Source: an uncultured archaeon (GTDB taxonomy: Archaea; Micrarchaeota; Micrarchaeia; Micrarchaeales; CABMGC01). Taken from it: a stretch of DNA of 32,000 nucleotides. Below the pieces are notes generated by a model. That model had not been told where the DNA came from and made no database searches. It saw only the letters and a program-made list of their open reading frames with translations. The position numbers and the translations under genes were made by a program. The stretch covers positions 820,978 to 852,977 of the forward strand of contig OY969902.1 in NCBI GenBank assembly GCA_963704435.1, read 5' to 3'. Below are positions 25,826 to 32,000 of this stretch, piece after piece. The stretch's first letter is position 1, and each line of letters starts with the position of its first letter.

Positions 25826-26859
25826 AAGGCAGAAAGAGCACGCTTTTCCTGTACTATGACCCCCACTATGCCCATGACGCATTCGCAAGGTCGCTGGGTG
25901 CGGACCGATTTCCAGCTCCGCGGCTGAGGTCAGGAGAGGGAAGCACGGCATACAACACCATCGGACTCCTAAGGACGGTCTCCGCAGCGTTCAAGATTCC
26001 CCGCGATTATGACGTCTACCTGTGCGAGGGGACCTACGTGTTCCCGGCGCTTGCCAGGAAGCTGCACCTGATCGGAGAGGACGCGAAGATCATAGACCTG
26101 CTAGCCAGCCCGCTGGCCTACTACATAAAGACGGGCGTGGTCGGAGGCGCTAAAAGGAGTTTCGCCCTGTCCCTGCTGAAAGAAGTGGACGGCTTCGTCT
26201 GCGTCGGCCGCATGGAGAGGCAGCTGATAGAGGAGATACTGCCCGGCGCGAAGACCATCGTGACCTACCCTTTCGTCAAGAGCGAGGTTAGGAGAAGTCT
26301 CCTGTCGGCAAAGGGCGCTCCGGACCTGGGGTCGAAGAATATCCTGTTCATAGGGAAGGGCGATCCCTACTACAAGGGCATCGACCTGCTTATCGAGGCA
26401 TTCAAGCGCGTCAGGAAGAAATGGCCGGACGCTGAACTGAACATAGTGGGCGCCATCGAGGGTTCAGAGCAGTACGCAAAAGGCGCTGAAGGCGTGAACT
26501 TCCTCGGGTTCGTGAAGGACCTCGAGAGCGTGATGGCCAAGTCTGCCCTGTACGTGCACCTGGGCAGGGGGGACTCATTTCCCGTCTCCTCAATGGAGGC
26601 GATGCTCCGCGGAATTCCCGCCATCGTGTCTGAGTGGACCGGTACGAAGGAGATTGTGCAGGAGGCGGCGAGCGGGATGGTCGTGCCGCTGGATGCGGCT
26701 GCCGCATCTGCTGCGATAGACAGGTACTTCTCTCTGCCCTCGAGGTCGAAAAGGCTGCTTTCGAAAAAGTTCCGCCGCGCAGCAAGCAGCATTAAGAAGG
26801 ATGTCGTAATTAAGAAGTTCGTAAAGGATTATAGGGGTCTAATCTGTGGCGAGAAGTGA
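25822..26859 (+). CDS. GT4-like glycosyltransferase
   Basis: 345 aa. ILFIGKGDPYYKGIDLLIEAFKRVRKKWPDAELNIVG, GDSFPVSSMEAMLRGIPAIVSEWTGTKEIV. ATGA overlap with the preceding gene. Confidence 0.85.
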   Translation: MKGRKSTLFLYYDPHYAHDAFARSLGADRFPAPRLRSGEGSTAYNTIGLLRTVSAAFKIPRDYDVYLCEGTYVFPALARKLHLIGEDAKIIDLLASPLAYYIKTGVVGGAKRSFALSLLKEVDGFVCVGRMERQLIEEILPGAKTIVTYPFVKSEVRRSLLSAKGAPDLGSKNILFIGKGDPYYKGIDLLIEAFKRVRKKWPDAELNIVGAIEGSEQYAKGAEGVNFLGFVKDLESVMAKSALYVHLGRGDSFPVSSMEAMLRGIPAIVSEWTGTKEIVQEAASGMVVPLDAAAASAAIDRYFSLPSRSKRLLSKKFRRAASSIKKDVVIKKFVKDYRGLICGEK

Positions 26860-27895
26860 TCTGTTGAGGGTCGGGTTGCTTACCCTTCGTAGGTTCGAGA
26901 ATGCTTGCACGGGCCAAGGCATACCGCGCTACGTAGGGGAGCTCTACAGGAGCATGGAGAAGATCTCCGCCAGCCGAAGGGACTTGGAACTCCGCAAGAT
27001 TGTGATAAAGAGCGTGCTCTGGGAGGCGCCATCATTTTATGTCGCGCCATTCTTTGAGGATCTGTCGGGCCTGGACATAATACACAACCCCATAGGATTC
27101 CTGCGCATGCACCACCTTCCAAGGAAGTCGAAATACGTCGTTACTGTGCATGACGTGAATCCTCTGCCCCAGCGGTCTCTGAAATGGAGGACTTGGTACC
27201 GCATGTTCGTTGTTCCAGGGCTGAAGCACACAATGGAAAAGGCAGATGCGATCATCGTCAACTCCACGCAGACCAGAGGAGAGCTTGTGGCGGAGGGCTG
27301 CGAGAGGTCCAAGATAAGGGTGATCCCCCTCGGGGTTAACGACAGCTTCCTGAAAGCCAGCAGGAGACGGCATGGACGGAAAAATGGGTTTACTGTAGGT
27401 TATTTAGGGTCTTTTGCGATAAATAAGAACGTTGAATTCATGATAGACGCAGCAAAATACCTTAAGGGCAGCGGAATCATGATGAAGCTATGGGGCAACA
27501 AAGATCTGACATACAATGAGCTCAGTAGCCGCGCCAAGGGTCTAAAGAACATGAGGTTTATGGGGTTTGTGCCTGAGGACAAGCTGGTCAGCACCTACGA
27601 CTCATTCGATGCCTTCGCGTTTCCGAGCAGGTACGAGGGCTTCGGACTGCCAATACTTGAGGCACAGGCAAGGGGCCTCCCCGTGATCATATACAAGCAT
27701 TCGGTAATTCCAAGGGAGGTAAGGAAGTACTGCTTCGAGGCCGATGACCCGGAGCATATGGCGAGGATAATCGAGGGGCTGAAGGAGTACGGATACGACC
27801 GAGCGCGGATGGAGCGCGCGATGAAGTACGCCCGCAGTTTCACCTGGAAGCGTGCAGCGCAGGAGACGCTGGAGTGCTATAGGCGCATCGCATGA
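26846..27895 (+). CDS. GT4-family glycosyltransferase (GTG start)
   Basis: 349 aa. FTVGYLGSFAINKNVEFMIDAAKYL, FPSRYEGFGLPILEAQARGLPVIIYKHSVIPREV. Overlaps the upstream gene by 14 nt. Confidence 0.88.
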   Translation: MARSDLLRVGLLTLRRFENACTGQGIPRYVGELYRSMEKISASRRDLELRKIVIKSVLWEAPSFYVAPFFEDLSGLDIIHNPIGFLRMHHLPRKSKYVVTVHDVNPLPQRSLKWRTWYRMFVVPGLKHTMEKADAIIVNSTQTRGELVAEGCERSKIRVIPLGVNDSFLKASRRRHGRKNGFTVGYLGSFAINKNVEFMIDAAKYLKGSGIMMKLWGNKDLTYNELSSRAKGLKNMRFMGFVPEDKLVSTYDSFDAFAFPSRYEGFGLPILEAQARGLPVIIYKHSVIPREVRKYCFEADDPEHMARIIEGLKEYGYDRARMERAMKYARSFTWKRAAQETLECYRRIA

Positions 27896-28893
27896 GCAGG
27901 GACAAAGGCAAACCGCGCATAAGCATATACGCGACAGTGTTCAATAACGGTAACGTAGTGCAGAGGTCGCTGGATTCGATACTGGGCCAGTTCCCCGATT
28001 TCGACAGCGACTTCGAGCTAGTGATAGTGGACAACATGTCCACGGACGACACATATGCGATACTCCAGCGGTTTGCAAGGAAGCACAAGAACATCAAACT
28101 TATACAAAGGAAATGCAGCAGGGGCGAGGGGAAGAGGATCGCCTACAGCAGCACATCAGGCCACTACGTGTTCTATCTGGATCTCGATAATATCTACCTG
28201 AAAACGCTTTCAAAGGTAGTGCGCGCGCTGTCTGGGAGCTACAAGACCAACACCGCGTTCGACAACATCGGATTCATGGACAGGCGGACGATGGACAGGA
28301 TAGGGAACTGGTACGACCTGAACTACGCGGAGGACTACGAGCTGTACGCGCGTGCGATCAGCAAGGGCGTGCGCGTAATGGAGATCCCTGTGATGTTGTG
28401 GTATCCCGAGCTCGTCAAGGGTAAGGAGAAGTTCACTAGGGAGAAGAGGTATGCGCGCGGGAGCCTCGCTTTCCTAGTAAGGAGGGCAAGGCTGTTCTAT
28501 GACATAGCGAGGGGCCTGGGCATCACCAGGCTCAGCGAGGTGGACCTTCTGCGGCCCAAGAGCCTCGGCGACGAGGTTGCAGCAAAACTCCTCCTCTGCG
28601 TTTTTATAATGGCTAGGCGGACCAAGGCATACAGATACGGAAAGGAGATGACCAACCTAGAATACGTGCGCGCGAACGAGACCGCCCCCGACCCGCGGGC
28701 ATACGGGATAGCGGACAGGAGGTTCTGGCTGGCCAGGCTGGAGAAGGACCTTCCGGAAAGCATAGCCTCGCGCAGGCTCGCCGAGCTGAGGAAGCTGGGC
28801 TTCAGCAGGTTCGTCAACGGCAAGGGAAACGAGATCGTCGCGTACACAAAATACACCGCCAAGGGGTTCGTGAACGCCTGGAAGCTCAACTGA
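27892..28893 (+). CDS. GT2 (GT-A) family glycosyltransferase
   Basis: 333 aa. ISIYATVFNNGNVVQRSLDSILGQFPDFDSDFELVIVDNMSTDDTYAIL, GHYVFYLDLDNIY (DxD), EDYELYARAISKG. Confidence 0.9.
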   Translation: MSRDKGKPRISIYATVFNNGNVVQRSLDSILGQFPDFDSDFELVIVDNMSTDDTYAILQRFARKHKNIKLIQRKCSRGEGKRIAYSSTSGHYVFYLDLDNIYLKTLSKVVRALSGSYKTNTAFDNIGFMDRRTMDRIGNWYDLNYAEDYELYARAISKGVRVMEIPVMLWYPELVKGKEKFTREKRYARGSLAFLVRRARLFYDIARGLGITRLSEVDLLRPKSLGDEVAAKLLLCVFIMARRTKAYRYGKEMTNLEYVRANETAPDPRAYGIADRRFWLARLEKDLPESIASRRLAELRKLGFSRFVNGKGNEIVAYTKYTAKGFVNAWKLN

Positions 28894-28938
28894 ATCTCAC
28901 AATGTCGGTCCAGAGCGCGAACTGACGCCCGATGCGAA

Positions 28939-28950
28939 GAGTTTAATAGA
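28939..28950 (+). promoter_or_regulatory. Candidate TATA element for an internal promoter upstream of the FkbM-like gene
   Basis: GAGTTTAATAGA in the 124-nt gap between 28893 and 29018. Confidence 0.4.
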
Positions 28951-29006
28951 ATATAGAGGCAATATTTACTACAGTCCATATAATACCACATCACGAAAAG
29001 AGTTCA

Positions 29007-29011
29007 GGAGG
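29007..29011 (+). promoter_or_regulatory. Shine-Dalgarno site
   Basis: GGAGG six nt before the ATG at 29018. Confidence 0.65.
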
Positions 29012-29017
29012 GTACCG

Positions 29018-29755
29018 ATGGCCAGACCAATAGAATATGCGCGAGCAGTGATAACGCACCCTATGTGCGCGTTGGGGGCAGTGAAATTTGCATGGTTCCC
29101 CTGGATTCCGGCATTTCGGAAAAGGTGCAATCCTTCTTGCTATAAATCTCACGAACTTTTCCCCGACAGGGTGATACCTGTGAATTTTAAGGGCAGAGCG
29201 CTGCAGTTCCATATCCCTGCAGGGAACGGCTATACCACCTTTTATGACATGTTCAGCGAGTCCAGCGAATACAGGGATCTGAACGTGAAAGGCAAGAAAG
29301 TGCTCGACCTGGGCGGAGCCTGGGGCGACTCCGCCATCTATTTCTCATTAAAAGGGGCCGACGAGGTGCTCTCGTATGAGATTGTTAAAGAGTTTTGCGT
29401 ATGCGGGGAGGATAACCTTGCGCGGAACCACATAAGCAACACAAAGATGGTAAACGAGGCTGCATCAAGCAAGACGATAGACGCGTTCGCGAAGAGGTTC
29501 GCGAACTATCCAAAAGCCATGAAGATCGACTGCGAGGGGGCGGAGTATGAGATGCTGTCAAACGCGAAGACGCTAAGGGACTACGAAGAGATTATACTGG
29601 AATATCACGACGGATACTCTGGCCTGAAAGAGGAGCTCGAATCGCAGGGCTTTAAGGTGTCTGTCGCATATCCCGAGTTTTTAGGGGTCTGGGCGGACCG
29701 GCGCCTGTCGCTCTGCGGCATAATGTACGCAAAAAACGCTAATGCCCGTAGGTGA
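29018..29755 (+). CDS. FkbM-like SAM-dependent methyltransferase
   Basis: 245 aa. KVLDLGGAWGDSAIYFSLKGADEVLSYE SAM motif and AMKIDCEGAEYEMLSNA FkbM-type signature. Confidence 0.85.
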   Translation: MARPIEYARAVITHPMCALGAVKFAWFPWIPAFRKRCNPSCYKSHELFPDRVIPVNFKGRALQFHIPAGNGYTTFYDMFSESSEYRDLNVKGKKVLDLGGAWGDSAIYFSLKGADEVLSYEIVKEFCVCGEDNLARNHISNTKMVNEAASSKTIDAFAKRFANYPKAMKIDCEGAEYEMLSNAKTLRDYEEIILEYHDGYSGLKEELESQGFKVSVAYPEFLGVWADRRLSLCGIMYAKNANARR

Positions 29756-29759
29756 GCGG

Positions 29760-30770
29760 ATGGTACTGACCCAATTAAAGAACCTCTCATACAAGCTGAA
29801 CGACACCACCGTCACCCTGCACAATAGGCTTGTGGTCAGGCGCCCGATGTCCTTCCCGACGGAAGTGGGGCTGATGTCCAGCAGGATCTGCACCGCGAAC
29901 TGCGTCTTTTGCCCGATCCATCATTACAAATCGGAGAAGAAGCCGTTCATGAGCCTTGGGATAGCGAGAAGAGTGGCCGATGACCTAATAAGGGAGGGCT
30001 ATTCCGGAACCATCAATCTAGGGGAGAACGGGGACGCGCTGCTCAATCCGGAGTTCAAGGAGATCTTCCTAGAGATGAAGAAGACGAAAGGCAAGCAGAT
30101 TTTGGTCACCAACATGAAATACATGACCAAAGATCTGTCCAAGTTCCTCCTCGAGAACGGGCTGCAGAGGCTTGTATGCAATTTCGACGGAGCGACCAAG
30201 GAAACGTACGAGGCCATGAAGACCGGCTGCAATTTCGAGGACGTCAGAAACAACATCCATGCATTCATAGAGCAAAGGGACCTCATCAGTTCATCCTGCA
30301 GGATCCAGATAAACGCCGTCCCGATAAGAAGATATCTGCAATATGTGGAGAAGGCGAAATCCAAACTGCCATATGATTACGCTGAAAACGAGAGGTACTG
30401 GAAGAAATATCTGGGCCCGAACGACGCCATAATGGAAAGCCAGTATATAGGGTCGTGGGGCAGGAGGGATTTCCATTCAAAGATGCGCACAAAGCCCTGC
30501 TATTCCTGGTCTTTCAACGCGTGTCTCATAGATACGGAAGGCGATGTCTACCCTTGCTGCATGGATTACAAGACGCAGCTCTCTCTTGGCAATGTGATGA
30601 ACAGCACCATAAGGGAGATATGGAACGGGGAAAAGAGGAAGAGGTTTATCGCGAACATAGTCAAGAATGACTTTGCTGCCATAGGGAAGCCGTGCATAAA
30701 CTGCGGCGTGCCAAACGACGATATCAAAAGCTACCTAAACTATCTGAAATACCGATTATTTTATAGGTGA
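29760..30770 (+). CDS. Radical SAM protein with SPASM-like C-terminus (track start 29742; ATG 29760 preferred)
   Basis: RICTANCVFCPI gives the CX3CX2C cluster motif at 29889-29912. C-terminal PCYSWSFNACLIDTEGDVYPCCMD...LGNVMNSTIREIWNG...KPCINC. AGGTGA just before the ATG at 29760 overlaps the previous stop codon. Confidence 0.9.
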   Translation: MVLTQLKNLSYKLNDTTVTLHNRLVVRRPMSFPTEVGLMSSRICTANCVFCPIHHYKSEKKPFMSLGIARRVADDLIREGYSGTINLGENGDALLNPEFKEIFLEMKKTKGKQILVTNMKYMTKDLSKFLLENGLQRLVCNFDGATKETYEAMKTGCNFEDVRNNIHAFIEQRDLISSSCRIQINAVPIRRYLQYVEKAKSKLPYDYAENERYWKKYLGPNDAIMESQYIGSWGRRDFHSKMRTKPCYSWSFNACLIDTEGDVYPCCMDYKTQLSLGNVMNSTIREIWNGEKRKRFIANIVKNDFAAIGKPCINCGVPNDDIKSYLNYLKYRLFYR

Positions 30771-30873
30771 TGAGACCGCACATTAGCGGGGAGTAAATAG
30801 ATTAAAATAATGAAAATCAGAAGGTACAGGGATGAGAAACTGTAAATGTCTGAAAACTAATCAGGGAAGATAG

Positions 30874-32000
30874 ATGAAAACGAATCTCGTAGTGAGAGGA
30901 GACATAAACGTGATGGGCACTAGCGGCTGTGAGATACTGGCGCACGATCTTGCCGAATTCTTGATGGAGCACGACAGAAACGCGGAAATACTAAAAGCCT
31001 ATTCTATGGACCTCACCTCATACAAGCTAAAGCCATGGTATAAAACTTATGAGAAGAAGTACCACTTGGTAAAGTCGAAGAATCTCGGATTCTTTAGACT
31101 AAGAACACCCGTGCATTCCTTCATCTTCGTGCATCTGCGCAACCTGCCCGATGGGATAATCTACTTCCCATACGCCTTCTACGACTATCTGTCAAACATA
31201 TTTCTGAAACGCAAAACGCAGGCATTCGTATTTGCTGGGCACTGCGTTGAATTGCAGATAACGCACCCTGCCCTCCACAAGGCGATAAATCTCGTTGTTA
31301 AGCTTGCCTTCAAGCTCAAAGGCAATACTATCTACTTCCAGGCGGTTAATACAGAACAGATAGCGTATGTGCGGAAACTGGGGCTTCCGAAGAGGAACAT
31401 ATTCCTCATTCCCGTCTCCATCTTCTACAAGGACATGCCCCTTCTTGACAATGCCTCCAAAAAGCTCACCGTCCTTCACATAGGTGGAACGGGAAAGAAT
31501 TCCATTCTGCTCACAAAGGTTTTCGACAGGCTCATATCAAACAAGGAGTTTGGCAAGTATGAGTTCTATTTCATAGGATCCAGGCAGCCGAGCGAACTCG
31601 TTAGCTACTCAGAAAAGTATGCGAACGTGAAGATTCTTGGCTATGTCGATGACGTGGAGAAGATCAAGTACCTCCGCAAGTCTGATGTCGTAGTAGTGCC
31701 CGCGAACGAAACCTTCTCGACTGCCGCCCTCGAGGCGCTGGAGTGCGGTCCCATAGTAGTTTCCAGACCTGATAATCCTGCGATCAAAGACATGAAAAGG
31801 CTTGGCGCCCACCTGTTCATAACTGATGGCTATGATCCTGCCTCGTACATAAGCGACTTCCGGAAAGTCATCGTCCTCAAAAAGGACATGAAGCGGCTGA
31901 GGAAGATGCGGATGGAAAACCAGCGCATATGCAAGGAGTACTATTCCAGCGGAGTGGTTTTCAGCAAATATAAGAAAATGTTCGACGCCATAGAGCAAGG
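30874..32000 (+). CDS. Partial GT4-like glycosyltransferase (runs off the right edge)
   Basis: Open for 375 codons with no stop. MKTNLVVRGDINVMGTSGCEILAHDLAEFLMEHDRNAEILKAYSMDL; LTVLHIGGTGKNSILLTKVFDRLI; VVVPANETFSTAALEALECGPIVVSRPDNPAIKDMKRLGAHLFI. Not in the supplied ORF track. Confidence 0.83.
   Translation, partial: MKTNLVVRGDINVMGTSGCEILAHDLAEFLMEHDRNAEILKAYSMDLTSYKLKPWYKTYEKKYHLVKSKNLGFFRLRTPVHSFIFVHLRNLPDGIIYFPYAFYDYLSNIFLKRKTQAFVFAGHCVELQITHPALHKAINLVVKLAFKLKGNTIYFQAVNTEQIAYVRKLGLPKRNIFLIPVSIFYKDMPLLDNASKKLTVLHIGGTGKNSILLTKVFDRLISNKEFGKYEFYFIGSRQPSELVSYSEKYANVKILGYVDDVEKIKYLRKSDVVVVPANETFSTAALEALECGPIVVSRPDNPAIKDMKRLGAHLFITDGYDPASYISDFRKVIVLKKDMKRLRKMRMENQRICKEYYSSGVVFSKYKKMFDAIEQ

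Noticed and set aside
1-32000. Mobile elements, defense systems, tRNA or rRNA genes
   Set aside because: I saw no transposase, integrase, restriction, Cas, reverse transcriptase or structural RNA signature. A tRNAscan or HMM scan would be needed to exclude small or degenerate ones.

Overview
This window looks archaeal. Supporting signals are TATA-led, mostly leaderless first genes, class III/pilin-type signal peptides and an A-type ATPase operon; a DPANN/Micrarchaeota-like origin is an inference only. Contents from left to right: (1) a very large secreted protein on the minus strand, at least 1541 aa, running off the left edge and absent from the supplied ORF track; (2) a GT4 glycosyltransferase; (3) a pilin-signal/LamG protein; (4) a small membrane protein with a (Cys-Gly)6-(His-Gly)2 run; (5) a two-gene 2-oxoacid:ferredoxin oxidoreductase (gamma-alpha fusion plus beta); (6) a Thr-rich, sequon-rich secreted protein; (7) a nine-gene A-type ATP synthase operon on the minus strand in the order H-I-K-E-C-F-A-B-D; (8) an AAA+ ATPase of the DUF4143 type, with a direct/inverted repeat array directly upstream of its TATA box; (9) an STT3/AglB-like multispanning protein whose WWDYG position reads LWPDG; (10) an NAD-dependent sugar epimerase; (11) a plus-strand surface-glycan gene set of GT2, GT4, GT4, GT2, FkbM-like methyltransferase, radical SAM/SPASM protein and a GT4 running off the right edge. 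I found no convincing tRNA, rRNA, CRISPR array or transposon. The best candidates for new biology are the glycan locus with the atypical STT3-like protein and the FkbM/radical SAM pair, the unlisted giant surface protein, and the Cys-Gly membrane protein.
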